DNA from: Thraustochytrium aureum
Lineage: Eukaryota
Length of the DNA: 64,000 nucleotides
Reading direction: 5' to 3'
Assembly (NCBI GenBank): GCA_012862495.1
Contig: BLSG01000410.1
Span: 338,654 to 402,653 of the forward strand
The notes under the pieces were generated by a model. The model ran no database searches and was not told the origin of the DNA. It saw only the letters and a program-made list of their open reading frames with translations. Numbering within the stretch: the first letter of the stretch is position 1; each line of letters starts with the position of its first letter. Positions 1 through 10,987 of the stretch are shown piece after piece. The translations under genes and the position numbers were made by a program.

Positions 1-1
1 C

Positions 2-1059
2 AGTGAAGCCAACTACGCCGGGGACAACTACGTCCGCGTGAGCGGCGACGCGGTCGAGATGGCCAAGGCTCAGGTTTTCGCCTGGGAGGCCGAGCGCCGG
101 GGCGAGACAGAGGGCCACCTCCAGGCCAACCCGACGCAAGTCAGCTTGGCGAAGCGGCAGTTCGAGGAGCGCGCACGCAAGCTTCGCGAGCTCCGCGCCA
201 AGGAGATGCACGACAGGTACGGTGGCGAAGAGCACACCAAGGCCCGACCTCCTTCGGCGCTCTTGGTTGGCGAGTCGTCAGAGTACGCCGAATACACGGC
301 GGACGGCAGGTTAGTGAGGGGCGGCGCCAAGGCGGCCCAAATGAACCAGGGTGCAGGGGTAGCGCCCGCCGTTGAGGCGCTTGAAATTGCGCGGACGGCA
401 GCGCAAGCTAAATCGCAGTACGCCGAAGACGTTGTGGAGGGCAACCACAAGGCGGTGTGGGGCAGCTACTTTGACCGCGCCAACATGGCCTGGGGTTTTG
501 CATGTTGCTACCAAACGTCGCGCAAGTCGTACTGCACAGGCGCGGCGGGCCGCGCTGCCAAGATCGAGTCGCAGAACGTTGACCTCATGCGGGCAAGAGT
601 GCCGGGCACGCAGGATGAGCGCGCCCCACCTGCATCCTCCTCCTCATCCACCACACCACCACCTTCACCTCACACACCGCCGCTTCGGCCGCCGACTTGT
701 ACGGCGAGGGCAACGTCAAAGCGTCACTGGACAGTGCCAGAGTGCAGGCTGCCGTGCTCCAACTTGACGCGAGAACCAACAATGACCGTCCGGCGACGGA
801 GGCGCCCAAGCGGCGCAAGAAAGAGAAACACCGCAACAAGCACAAGAGGCGCAAGCGGTCACGCTCCAGGAGCGGCTCCACAAGTAGCTCGAGCTCATCA
901 AGAGGGTCGGCTGCAGTGCAGGCGGCCAAATCTGCCCCAGCCGCGCCAGGAGGGGCCGACGTGACTCCCGAAGAGATGGAGGCGTACAGGCTCACAAAGG
1001 CCATATCCTCTGACCCGATGCACAATGTGCAAAGAGACGAGCTCTTGCCGCGCAAGTGA
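2..1059 (+). CDS. SLU7: Pre-mRNA splicing factor SLU7, 3' part (5' end outside window); apparent 1-nt deletion at about 650-656
   Basis: Contains YAGDNYVRVSG, QVFAWEA, HLQANPTQ, SEYAEYTADGRLVRG and GNHKAVWGSYF..WGFACC. After the shift in the ACC repeat it continues to DVTPEEMEAYRL..SDPM, the typical SLU7 C-terminus. Confidence 0.92.
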
Positions 1060-1201
1060 AATACAAACCTAGCCAGCGAGCCCGGCCTGTCGCCTATCGA
1101 ATCGTTTATCTCTGCTTGTTTACCCTCGACTGCGCGCCGGCGCGAGGCCTCGCCGCCAGCTTCCCATGCTCGAAGCCGACCTACTAGCTGGAGCTCTTAT
1201 G

Positions 1202-2314
1202 TTAGGCGACGATTAGAGACAAGACGCGCGCCTCGGTCTGTGTGCGGTCGATCTTGACGAGCGAGTTCGCGACCAAGCCATACACGTGCTGGATAGTCTT
1301 GGCGCTCGACTGCCCCAGCTCCTTTCCGATCTGCGCCTTCCAGTCGTTGAGCACCATGTCGCCCCCGTGCGCAAGCAAAATATCAAGCGCAGTGGCGAGC
1401 GCTTGCGCCTGGTCGCCGGCGGGCTTGCCAGACTCCCTGCCTTGGCAGGCCGCCTGCAGCACGCGCCGAATGGCGTCGCCGATGACCCGGGCGGTCTGCT
1501 GGCGCTGGCCGCAAACCGCTTCGAGCTCTTCCAAGCGAGATCGCGCTCGCTGGATCTCGCGAGACAGGCCTTGCAGCTCGTCTGAACCGGCGCAGGCCAC
1601 GCGCTTCGCGTTCTCAAACCCAGACGCCGCCGACGCGAACGTGTCGTTCTTTGCCTTGGCGCGCGCGAGCCGCGTCCTTGCGGCGGCAACGGCCGCCTCC
1701 AGGTCCGCGTCACCTGCATCTGTCTCAGGAACGCGGCCTGGGCTTACTGGCGTCGAGCCCGTTGCGTGCCCCGGGCCGCTACGCTTTGGCACGTGCGCCG
1801 CCGCGATGTCCTTGATGTGCTCCTTGACGTCGGCGAGCTGCCTCTTGAGGCTGCGTTGGCGCAAGCGATTCTCCGTGGCTTCCGTGTCGAACTGCTGCTC
1901 CTCGCGCGCGGCATCGGCTTCGAGCCCTTCCACTTGCAGCCTCAAGTCCTCGAGCTCCCTGGCCGCCTCGCCGTCGGCCTCCGCGAGACTGTCCGCGCTG
2001 CGATCGCTTCGCTCGAGCCGCATTTTCAATCCCGTCCTTCGGGCCCGGAGCCTGTTGTAGTCCTTGACGAGCCCAAGGACAACTTCCTCGCGCTCGCCCC
2101 AATCGATCCCCTTTATCCTCTCCACGAAGGCGTCAACGCTTTCGGGCTCGGCCCCAAACCCTCTGAACGCCACGGCCTGCTGTTCAAGGACGTCGAGCTC
2201 ATCAACACGTCTGACCCCATTCGCGAGGCCTGCATGCTCGCCGCTCTCAGCCGCGTCAAAGGCCGCTAGAGCGTGCGCCGCGAGGACCTTGGCGGCCTTT
2301 TCGAGCGCGTCCAT
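1202..2314 (-). CDS. Hypothetical coiled-coil protein (about 370 aa) with a small globular, possibly winged-helix-like, C-terminal domain
   Basis: Clean ORF from MDALEKAAK with long E/A/R/L heptad-like stretches. Ends LDILLAHGG..VYGLVANSLVKIDRT. Lies head-to-head with SDHAF2. Confidence 0.65.
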   Translation of the reverse strand: MDALEKAAKVLAAHALAAFDAAESGEHAGLANGVRRVDELDVLEQQAVAFRGFGAEPESVDAFVERIKGIDWGEREEVVLGLVKDYNRLRARRTGLKMRLERSDRSADSLAEADGEAARELEDLRLQVEGLEADAAREEQQFDTEATENRLRQRSLKRQLADVKEHIKDIAAAHVPKRSGPGHATGSTPVSPGRVPETDAGDADLEAAVAAARTRLARAKAKNDTFASAASGFENAKRVACAGSDELQGLSREIQRARSRLEELEAVCGQRQQTARVIGDAIRRVLQAACQGRESGKPAGDQAQALATALDILLAHGGDMVLNDWKAQIGKELGQSSAKTIQHVYGLVANSLVKIDRTQTEARVLSLIVA

Positions 2315-2670
2315 CTCGGCCAAACCCAGCGTCAACAACGCGTCGGTTGACCCAGCCGCCGAGTCCGACGTGGCAGCCGAGCGCTGCACAACGCGCCGAG
2401 AAACAGCGTCTAGACAGAGCCCGTCGGGCTGCCTTTGTGCGCGATTGGCGGCCCAGCGCCTCGTTGGACGCGGCTCTGGCCGTGCCCGAGTCAGTTTCAA
2501 ACCCAATGTCCAATGTGCTGACAAATCCAAAAACCGTCGAAACCAATTTTTACTTTTTTTTGGGGCATTATTTTTTTTGGGGAGATGAACTCTTCGCCTG
2601 TTCGTCGCGGAATTGTGCGTCGCGAAGCTCTCGCGCATTGCGGCAGACCCCAGTCGAAAGCAAGCCTCTG

Positions 2671-2693
2671 TGCCTGCCTGCCTGCCTGCCTGC
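2671..2693. repeat. (TGCC)n microsatellite
   Basis: Five TGCC units in the divergent intergenic region. Confidence 0.9.
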
Positions 2694-2823
2694 GCGCGCA
2701 TCGAGCAGCGCTGGTCGCACGAGTACGTGCAGGATAGCGGGTGGGTAGATCGTGCTCGGGCCCCTGGTTCGGTGGCTGGCTTCGTCTTCCGTGTGCTGCG
2801 CGGGCCGCGCGTTTGGGGGCGCA

Positions 2824-3417
2824 ATGGCGTCGGCATGTGGCGTGGCAATGGCGCTCGGACGACGCGCGGCGAGGCGGCCCACGGCGTGGAGCTCGACGGT
2901 ACGCGGGATGGCGGGCGACGCGAAACCTGGCCCGATGAAGGGGCCGTCGGTGCTGGATTTGAGCAGGTTTGCAAGGCGGGGACAGGGGACGCAGCAGCTG
3001 CCCGTGGAAGCCCTCGAACGCGACATTTCGCTCAGGAAAGAGCACTTTGCGGTGCGGAAGGAGTTTCCTGCCTCGGCGCAGCCCAAGGAGGGACCGCCCG
3101 TGGACGCGTGGCTGGCCCACCGCAAGCGGCTGATCTACAGGAGCAGGCAGCGCGGCTGGCTGGAGGTGGACTTGCTGCTCGGGTCTTGGGCGACGGACAA
3201 TGCGATGAAGCTCTCGGACGAGGAGGCCGCTCAGTACGAGGCCATCCTGAACTGCGAGACGCTCGACATCTTCAACATGATCACCAAGCAAATGGTCGTC
3301 CCGGAGGTGCTTGACAACCCGGTCATGAAGCGGCTGCAAGAGTACGCCGCAATGAGCCCGGTGGGGCAGGCCGACCCCACCATGTACGCCAAGATCAAGT
3401 CCAAGATGAGCAACTAG
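2824..3417 (+). CDS. SDHAF2: Succinate dehydrogenase assembly factor 2 (Sdh5/SdhE family), mitochondrial
   Basis: RKRLIYRSRQRGWLEVDLLLG signature and an Arg/Ala-rich presequence. The start could be 2824 or 2848. Confidence 0.93.
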   Translation: MASACGVAMALGRRAARRPTAWSSTVRGMAGDAKPGPMKGPSVLDLSRFARRGQGTQQLPVEALERDISLRKEHFAVRKEFPASAQPKEGPPVDAWLAHRKRLIYRSRQRGWLEVDLLLGSWATDNAMKLSDEEAAQYEAILNCETLDIFNMITKQMVVPEVLDNPVMKRLQEYAAMSPVGQADPTMYAKIKSKMSN

Positions 3418-3611
3418 CCGTCCTCTGCCCCTCGTTTTGGAAAAGAAACAGAGTGCGGGCCGCAACCGCGCGCATGCAACGAATGCGACGAAAAGCGCGC
3501 AGCCGCGCGTGCGATGACAGCGACGCGTGCGCCCAACCGCGCTCGCGCTCGAGCTCGAGCTCGGCTCGAGTGGGGAATTAGTCCGAGACATACAAAAGAA
3601 TCCACAGCGCA

Positions 3612-5564
3612 TTACTGCACGCCTTCTTGCACAGCGGCTGCGACCCGAGCGTCCTCCAGAATTATATGCGCGCCCTTTTCGCCCAGCGCGATGCACGTCG
3701 CATTCGTGTTCGCGCCCACAATCTCGGGCATCACCGAGGCGTCGACGACGCGCAGGCCGCGCACGCCACCGCGAACGCGCAAGCGACGGTCCAAAACGGC
3801 CATGGGGTCCTCGTCGGCGCCCATTTTTGCCGAGCACGCCGGGTGGTACATGGAGCCGGCAAACGCGCGGACGTAGGCCTCGATTTCCGCGTCAGAAGCG
3901 ACGCCCGCCCCAGGAAAGTGCTCGCTTCCCCCTCCAAGGCGGCGCAGCATCTCGTGGCCGACGCGCCGCACAAACTTGACCCCGCGCACGAGCGTCTCGA
4001 GGTCGCGGGGGTCTTTCAAGTAGTTGGCCTCGATGATAGGGCGGTCTTCCGGGTCGGCGGACGCGAGCCGCAGCGCGCCGACAGAGCGCGGGTGGATCAG
4101 CGAAGGCGTCAGCGTGAAGCCCTCGCCGAGCGGAGAAAATCCGTCCGGCTCGAAGAACAGGGTGCCAATGTGCACCTGCAGGTCGCTCACAGGATTGGAC
4201 AAGACGTCCGCGCCCTCTGCTGCGCCTCCGTCGTTTACCGAGGTGAAGAGGGTCCCCTCGCAAATGTTAGAGTGGCTGTGCGGCTTGACGCCTTGCGGGA
4301 TGCGAAAGCACATTGGCACGTGCATGTGGTCCCGCAGGCCTTCGCCGACGCCGGGCAGGTCGGCCACGACAGGGATACGTAGCCGTTCGAGCTGCTCGCG
4401 CGGGCCAACGCCAGACAGAAGCAAGAGCCTGGGCGAGTCCACCGCGCCGCAGCACAGAATGACCTCCCTCCGCACGCGCACGCGCACGCGGCCGTCGCCC
4501 CTCCGCGCCACCACGGTTTGGTCCCCCAGCTTGCGCGCCAAGGCATTTGGGGCATTGGCCGCGTCTTCAGGGCCTGGCGCGTCCTGGACCAAGTCGCTGT
4601 TGGTGTCGGCGCCGTCTTCGTCCACCGCGCGTGGCCCGAACGCGAGCTCGACGCCTTCGACGCGGCGAGACTGCTCCGCAAACACGACCCGCAGCACGCG
4701 CGTGCAAAGCCAGACATTCAGCGCCTCAGGGGGCGACGAGGAGACGGTGCTCAGGCCGCGCGGGTAGGCGCCTACCATCTTGAGGAACGCGGCGGCATTG
4801 CACCGGCGGCCGGCGCGCGCGTTGACGTCGTTGACGCCGACGCCGACGTTGCCGTGCGCCGCAAAGTCTGCGTTGCGGGGCACGCCAAGCGCGCTCGCCG
4901 CGTCGGCGAAAGAGCGCGTCACCTGGTGGTCAGCCCCGTCGGGGTGGTGCGAGGGGTGGTCGAGCGGCGCGACCGTGATGGGGCCTTGCTTGCCGTGCAC
5001 GGCCGCGTCGCCCGGGTGTGTTTCGGCGCGCTTGAAGAAAGGCAGCATGCCGCGATAGCCCCACTCGTCAAACCCCGTGATCCTCCGCCAGCGCTCGTAG
5101 TCGGAAGGGTCGCCGCGCAAGTAGACCATCGTGTTGAACGAGCTGCAGCCGCCCACCACCTTGCCGCGCGGCCAGTAGATGGCGCGCCCCGCCAGCTCGC
5201 GTTGCGCCTCCGCGTGGTACGACCAGTCGCGCGCCGATCCAAACACCTTCTCCGCCTTCCCAAAGTAGTCCACCGCGTTCTGTATCGCCTCAATATCATC
5301 CGTATCCCCGGCCTCCACGAGCAGCGTGCGAGCCTGCGGCAAGCCCTGCGCCAGCCGCGCAGCCACGGCGCACCCAGCCGACCCAGCGCCGACCACCACG
5401 AAGTCCACTTGCGCGTCCCAGCCGGCAGCATCGCCTTCGGCATCGTCATGGGCGCCGGGCGACGCGGTGCAGCTCGCCAGCCCGCCGCCAACGCCGAGCC
5501 CGACAAGCCCTGAGGCAGCCCACACTGCGCGCCGGGCCGCGCCGAGCGCAGCGCCCCAGCCCAT
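3612..5564 (-). CDS. GMC-family FAD oxidoreductase (choline dehydrogenase / AlkJ-like alcohol dehydrogenase)
   Basis: DFVVVGAGSAGC FAD-binding motif, WPRGKVVGGCSSFN, GAVDSPRLLLLSGVGP, DLPGVGEGLRDH, catalytic YHP, GLRVVDASVMP and ANTNA. Confidence 0.93.
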   Translation of the reverse strand: MGWGAALGAARRAVWAASGLVGLGVGGGLASCTASPGAHDDAEGDAAGWDAQVDFVVVGAGSAGCAVAARLAQGLPQARTLLVEAGDTDDIEAIQNAVDYFGKAEKVFGSARDWSYHAEAQRELAGRAIYWPRGKVVGGCSSFNTMVYLRGDPSDYERWRRITGFDEWGYRGMLPFFKRAETHPGDAAVHGKQGPITVAPLDHPSHHPDGADHQVTRSFADAASALGVPRNADFAAHGNVGVGVNDVNARAGRRCNAAAFLKMVGAYPRGLSTVSSSPPEALNVWLCTRVLRVVFAEQSRRVEGVELAFGPRAVDEDGADTNSDLVQDAPGPEDAANAPNALARKLGDQTVVARRGDGRVRVRVRREVILCCGAVDSPRLLLLSGVGPREQLERLRIPVVADLPGVGEGLRDHMHVPMCFRIPQGVKPHSHSNICEGTLFTSVNDGGAAEGADVLSNPVSDLQVHIGTLFFEPDGFSPLGEGFTLTPSLIHPRSVGALRLASADPEDRPIIEANYLKDPRDLETLVRGVKFVRRVGHEMLRRLGGGSEHFPGAGVASDAEIEAYVRAFAGSMYHPACSAKMGADEDPMAVLDRRLRVRGGVRGLRVVDASVMPEIVGANTNATCIALGEKGAHIILEDARVAAAVQEGVQ

Positions 5565-6333
5565 GCTCAGCGACTGAAACCGGCACGCTCTGCAGCCGCG
5601 GCCGGGCCTGGATCTTCGAATGGGCTCTGCTGCACTCGCGTAGTGAACGAGGAGTCTCTTTTGATTGATTGACGAGCACATGGAGCACATGAAGGAGAGT
5701 GTTCGAGTTGGGANNNNNNNNNNNNNNNNNNNNNNNNNNNNNNNNNNNNNNNNNNNNNNNNNNNNNNNNNNNNNNNNNNNNNNNNNNNNNNNNNNNNNNN
5801 NNNNNNNNNNNNNNNNNNNNNNNNNNNNNNNNNNNNNNNNNNNNNNNNNNNNNNNNNNNNNNNNNNNNNNNNNNNNNNNNNNNNNNNNNNNNNNNNNNNN
5901 NNNNNNNNNNNNNNNNNNNNNNNNNNNNNNNNNNNNNNNNNNNNNNNNNNNNNNNNNNNNNNNNNNNNNNNNNNNNNNNNNNGTCGAGCAGGCGTGGCGG
6001 TCGAGGAGTTGGGAATGCATCCTCGACGTAGCTGATCCGTGCACTTCAATGCAAGTGAGACAGGGATGCGCGCCGGAAGTTGGACTGGAGAGCTGTGCTT
6101 TTAGCGTTTACGTCGCGGGCTAGTGGTTTGCGACGCCATCCCCCGGTCGATGTCGAGCGCGGCCGACATCGAGATGAGGCTCGAATCACCTGAGCGCCTC
6201 GTCGTCAGTTGCTTTTCGATGTTATACAGCAGTCACGATGCGCCTTGCGGTTGGCGTTGTCGAATGCGGTCGCGATGTGGCGCTTTCGATGCGCGAGTCA
6301 TGCGCAGCGGCAGCGCCTCGCTTTTGGCACGGT

Positions 6334-8424
6334 TCACAAGCGGAGGAGAGGCGATCGCATCACGGCCTGGAGAGAGATGCGCGCCTCGGCTCGAAAGCAG
6401 AGCAGCTGCGCGGCAAGCCTTCCAGCCTGTCTGGCGAATGAAGAGGGCCCGGGCGGGTCGCAGAGCTGGTATCCCGAAAGAATGCGCTCGAACGTTGCAA
6501 GCGAGTCTCCGCGGACAGCGAACGGGGAGTTGCCGGCGACCAACTCGTGCACAAGCACCCCAAACGACCAGAGGTCGCAGGCAAGGCCGTGCCCCCGGGA
6601 GAGGAGGACCTCGGGCGCAACGTACTCGGCTGTCCCACAGAGCGTGTACGTGTGCTGGCCGCCAACGCGCTTGGCGAGGCCAAAGTCAGCCAGCTTGCAT
6701 CGACCAGAGGCGCGCTCAAGAAGGACATTCTCGGGCTTGAGGTCGCGAAAGACGATGCCCGCCGCGTGCAAGCTGCGCAGTGCCTGCACGATGCAGAGCA
6801 GGTACCGGCGGGTCATCGCTGGCGAGAGGGACCCGGCCTGGGCTGCCAGGTCTCCGCCGAGAACGGCTTCCATGACAAGACACAGTTGTGCTCGGTCCGC
6901 CTTGAGCGCACGCACCAGATGGCTGCACCGCAGCTTGGCGGAGATGGAAAGCGCAATGCCCGCCTCGCGCGCCCACGTGTCCTCGTCCCGGAATCGCTTC
7001 ACAGCAAACCACTTGCCCCGGCCCTTGTGGAAGGCTAGTTGCACTGCCCCAAAGTCGCCTTCGCCGAGCGCTGTGACCCCTTCCAGCTCGCGCAACGTCA
7101 TGCCATTGTCCAACGCGTTGCTTTCCAGGAGCTCTACGTCTCGCTCACACTCCTTCTGCAGGTCCAGGACAAGGGGGTCGAGCATGGCCTCGCTGTCCTT
7201 GGTCAAGCTTTCGGTCTCGATCGCGGAATCGGCTCGCTCGCAGCGAGAATCGCGGCCTGGCGCGCTCGGGCGAAACGGGAGAGGCACCGACCGGCACCTT
7301 GTGCTCACTGAGGTCGTGAGCTGGAAGCAAAACCTGCGTCGGCGCCGTTGGGCCGCTTACAACTGGACAGCTGGCCTGCGCTCGCAAGACGCGGTGCTCG
7401 AGCTCGCGCTTGAGCCTTGCGCGCGGGACGGCCGCAAGCAGTTTGCTGTGAAGCGCGCTGCGTCCTTGCGCTTCGCCGTCGTCGCACGACGGCCCGCAAG
7501 CGGCCGGCGGCGGCTGTGGCGGGGCCTCTGGTTGTTCGTGTGCTGCAAGCTCTTGCTCCGAGCCACCAGTTGGGCTCAATTCCATTTCGCCCTCCGCGTC
7601 GCTGGGCTGGCTGCCCCCAATGTGAGCGACAGGCGTGGTAGCCTGTTTAGATCTGCTGGTCGCTCTTTGCGAATCGACGCGAGCTCGCGGTGGAAGGCAA
7701 CTGCATCGAGGCACCACAAGCGCCCCGGCTCGCTTCCAACGCAGAGGACAGTTGTTTCCCGCAGGGTTTCTGCCGACGGGTGGACGAGGCAAAGTTCGCC
7801 AAGGACGTGGCCCTGCGTCAGCCTCTCCGAAGCCGCCGACGCTGCGGCAAACTCCCCAGTCTCGACGATAAAAACGAGCGCCCCGCGCTCACCTTTGCTG
7901 AATACTCGGGACAGCGGCTCGATCGTCCGGCGCGCCTCCAGCAGTTGCGCCAGAGGGTACAGCTCGTGATCGGCCAGGTCGGCGAGGAGCAAGCGTAGCA
8001 ATCTGCTTTTCGTAGCCGCCTCGCGAAGCACGGCCGTTTTCGGGCTCGCGAACGCGTTGGAGCAATATGCCTTGAGCTCTGTCCACGGCGCGGCCTCACT
8101 GGCGCGAACGCGCGACTCGGCGGCCAAGTACCCGTCCTGCACCCAGTGCAGGACGTCACTAAGCGGAAACGGTCCTTGCGCTTGCCCTTCTTCGTCTAGA
8201 ACCTCGACGCGTGCCAGCGTCGGGCACTCGCCGACGAACAGATCGCCGCTCGCAAACCAGTGCCTCGCCGCCAAGAATGGCAGCCCGTCTAGATCATCGC
8301 CGGCCCTCAGCGCCGGCGCCACGAGCGTGTTGCCGTCGATAGCGCCGCTCTCATGGAGTTTCCGTAAGTCTGAGAGCGCGACGGGGCCGAGTACCTCGTC
8401 TTCCTCGCCAATCGCATACCACAT
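6334..8424 (-). CDS. AGC (PKA/PKG-like) Ser/Thr kinase with two N-terminal GYF-like domains and a cNMP-binding domain; two apparent frameshifts (about 7615 and 7240)
   Basis: Kinase motifs GEGDFG, AVK, FRDLKPEN, DFG and TLCGTAEYVAPE. cNMP motifs VFSKGERG..FIVETG and GELCL. GYF-like segments LGPVALSDL..GAI and QGPFPLSDVLHWVQDGYL. Assembled from three overlapping frames. Confidence 0.75.
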
Positions 8425-9133
8425 CTCGCGGCGGCCAATCGACTCCAAAGTCGTGCGCCTTCCCAACGCAACGCGGCGCGTCCGTGCGAAACAACGTGCA
8501 GCTACACAACGCAGCGCGCCCGTGCAAAACAACGCGCAGCTCCTGCGTCAACCAATTGGCGTCAAAGTCGGGCACAACGCTGGCCTGCTTGAAGCAGCCA
8601 GGTCGCGCCGCTTCGAGCCCCGAAAACTCTTGCGTCAATCAATCGAAATTATCGAACTGCACGATCACAAGCGAAGCGAAGCGCGCTCGCTCTTTCTTCC
8701 GGACCTCTGTCGCATTCGCTCGACCAAGGTCCCACTGGCCCAGTGCAATCGATCGATCCTCCGCGCCACGCTCCTGCACTCCCGGAAATAGATCCGTTGC
8801 ATCTCGAAAGTGTGGATGAACGACGGCGGCGTCGATGTTCGAGTTGGCGATCGGCTTGGTTTGCTCGTGGTCTTGCCGGCGGCCGGCTTGCCTTGCTGGC
8901 GGTCGAGGCCGCAGGTTGGTTGGTTGGCCGTTTGCTTTTGCTGTGCGCTGGCTTGTTGCGGCGGCCGGCCCGGCGACGCGGCATCGAAGATCGCGCGAAA
9001 TGAATGTTGGTTTAAAAAAATGTATGTTCTCATCATGAGCCTTGCCCGGCCTGGCGCACAGCCAACTCTGCGCGCGGCGCGAGCGGCCTGGCATCGACCC
9101 GCAGCTCGGGCCTACTGGCTGGACGCGGCGTGC

Positions 9134-10633
9134 TCAAGACGCCGCTCGCGCAAGAGCGGCCGCAGCCGTGCGAGCCTTCTCGGAGCGGTACAGGCCGTAG
9201 GTGGCCAAAGCGAAGAGCGAGGAGGAAAAGAGCGCCATCTTGCGCTTGGCGACGCGCTCGGCTTGAACCCACTCCTCGTCCTTCTTGAACGTGTCGCGCG
9301 CAAAATTTTCCGGCTTGAGCTTGGCTGCCTTGCAGAGCGGGTTCATGACCCAGCGATACAGCGGCGGGAAGAGGGCGAGCGTGATCATGCCCGGGTACCC
9401 GCTCGGGAGCTGAGGCGACTCCTCAAAGTTGCGCAAGAGGTTGTACGGGCGCATCGCAAAGGTGTGGTGGTCCGAGTGACGCTGCAGCTTGAACAAGAAC
9501 GAGTTGGACAGGCGGTGCGGCGAGTTCCACGAGTGGCTCGGGTCCGGGCGCGCGTAGGTCCCATCTGCGAGCTTCTCGCGCTCCAGGCCGTAGTGCTCGA
9601 CGTAGTTGACGATTTCGAGGAGCAGTGCGCTGCCAAAGGCCTGGGCGTAGAAAAGCTTGAACGCTTGTGCGCCGCCACCAGTCGTCTTGGCGATGAACCC
9701 AGCCCAAGCGAGCGGCAAGAGCGCGTGCGCGATCATGCGGTTGTTGAATACCTTGGACAGGCCGTTCTCCTTGATGCGCTCCATCTCGATCTGCCAAGCC
9801 GAGAGCCAGCTGCCCACGAACGTGCGCGGCAAGAAGGCGTACAGGCTCTCGTTGTAGCGCGACGAGGCCGGGTCGTTCGGCGTGGCCACGTTCTTGTGGT
9901 GGCCCGTCACGTGCTCCTCCATCCAGTGGTTGTAGTTGACGTTTGTGAGGAGCGCGTACGCGCACATCTTTTCGAACCACCACTGCTTGTGGCCCAGCTC
10001 GTGGGCGATTGTGATTCCGAGAGCGCCGTTGAAGAAGGACATCGAGGCCAGGATGGCAAGCCGCTCGCGCGTGCCCAGCTTGACCGACTTGTCGCAGAGA
10101 ACCTGGATCCCCTTCCAGGTCGACGCGAGCCCCGCCGCGGTGAACATGTAGAGCGGGAGGCGAAACTTGACGTCGAAGTGCTTGGCCTGGTCCTCCTTCT
10201 TCGGGTTTGTCCAGTCCGCGACGGCGAGGTCGAACAACGGCAGGAGGGCGAACGCCGCCCAAATGATGTTGCGAAGGCGATGAAACTCGGTCAAATCACC
10301 GGCCTTGCCGCTGTCAAAGTACTTGGACCCCATCTTGACCATGAGCGCGGTCTGGCCGCACCGCACGGCCGCCCCGAGGAAGAACTCGAGCGCCCCGGTC
10401 CAGCCCATGTCAACCTCGCCTCCGCTCGTCTGCGTGAACACGAGCTTCTTGTCTTTGGTCGCCCTGACCGCAACCACCTCAGCGGGCGCCGACCCATCGC
10501 GCTTGCTCGCGTCCACTTTGGCCGCGTTCCGCGCATGGTTAAACAGGCTAATCACCATCCATGCCGCGAAGGCGGACTCGGTCGGGTTGTTGCTCACCCT
10601 TTTCGTCAGCTGCTTGGCCGAGACATTGCCCAT
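9134..10633 (-). CDS. alkB: Membrane di-iron alkane 1-monooxygenase (AlkB family)
   Basis: All four AlkB His boxes are present: AHELGHK, EHVTGHHKNVATPNDPASSR, NYVEHYGL and LQRHSDHH. Also HSWN and PQLPSGYPGM..LAL.PPL. Confidence 0.92.
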   Translation of the reverse strand: MGNVSAKQLTKRVSNNPTESAFAAWMVISLFNHARNAAKVDASKRDGSAPAEVVAVRATKDKKLVFTQTSGGEVDMGWTGALEFFLGAAVRCGQTALMVKMGSKYFDSGKAGDLTEFHRLRNIIWAAFALLPLFDLAVADWTNPKKEDQAKHFDVKFRLPLYMFTAAGLASTWKGIQVLCDKSVKLGTRERLAILASMSFFNGALGITIAHELGHKQWWFEKMCAYALLTNVNYNHWMEEHVTGHHKNVATPNDPASSRYNESLYAFLPRTFVGSWLSAWQIEMERIKENGLSKVFNNRMIAHALLPLAWAGFIAKTTGGGAQAFKLFYAQAFGSALLLEIVNYVEHYGLEREKLADGTYARPDPSHSWNSPHRLSNSFLFKLQRHSDHHTFAMRPYNLLRNFEESPQLPSGYPGMITLALFPPLYRWVMNPLCKAAKLKPENFARDTFKKDEEWVQAERVAKRKMALFSSSLFALATYGLYRSEKARTAAAALARAAS

Positions 10634-10670
10634 GATTGCTGCGCTCAACCGCAACTACGACCTCGGCGAC

Positions 10671-10987
10671 GACCTGGACGAACGAAGACCTGGACGAACG
10701 AAGACCTGGACGAACGAAGGCCTGGACGGAGGAAGACCTGGGNNNNNNNNNNNNNNNNNNNNNNNNNNNNNNNNNNNNNNNNNNNNNNNNNNNNNNNNNN
10801 NNNNNNNNNNNNNNNNNNNNNNNNNNNNNNNNNNNNNNNNNNNNNNNNNNNNNNNNNNNNNNNNNNNNNNNNNNNNNNNNNNNNNNNNNNNNNNNNNNNN
10901 NNNNNNNNNNNNNNNNNNNNNNNNNNNNNNNNNNNNNNNNNNNNNNNNNNNNNNNNNNNNNNNNNNNNNCGAACGAAGACCTGGACG
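10671..10987. repeat. 16-bp minisatellite (GACCTGGACGAACGAA)n interrupted by an N-gap
   Basis: About 4.5 units before the gap at 10743-10969, with the same unit resuming after it. Confidence 0.85.

Noticed and set aside
3541..3570. (GCTCGA)n / CTCGAG palindromic run as a terminator or mobile-element end
   Set aside because: It is a short simple repeat between convergent genes, and CTCGAG/GAGCTC words are common throughout the window.
8351..9094. In-frame TGA at 8639 joining two minus-strand ORFs (selenocysteine or readthrough)
   Set aside because: Neither ORF looks like a real protein, and the TGA is part of the recurrent GATTGATTGAC intergenic motif.
10671..10987. CRISPR-like array
   Set aside because: The units are contiguous 16-mers with no unique spacers, there are no cas genes, and the context is eukaryotic.
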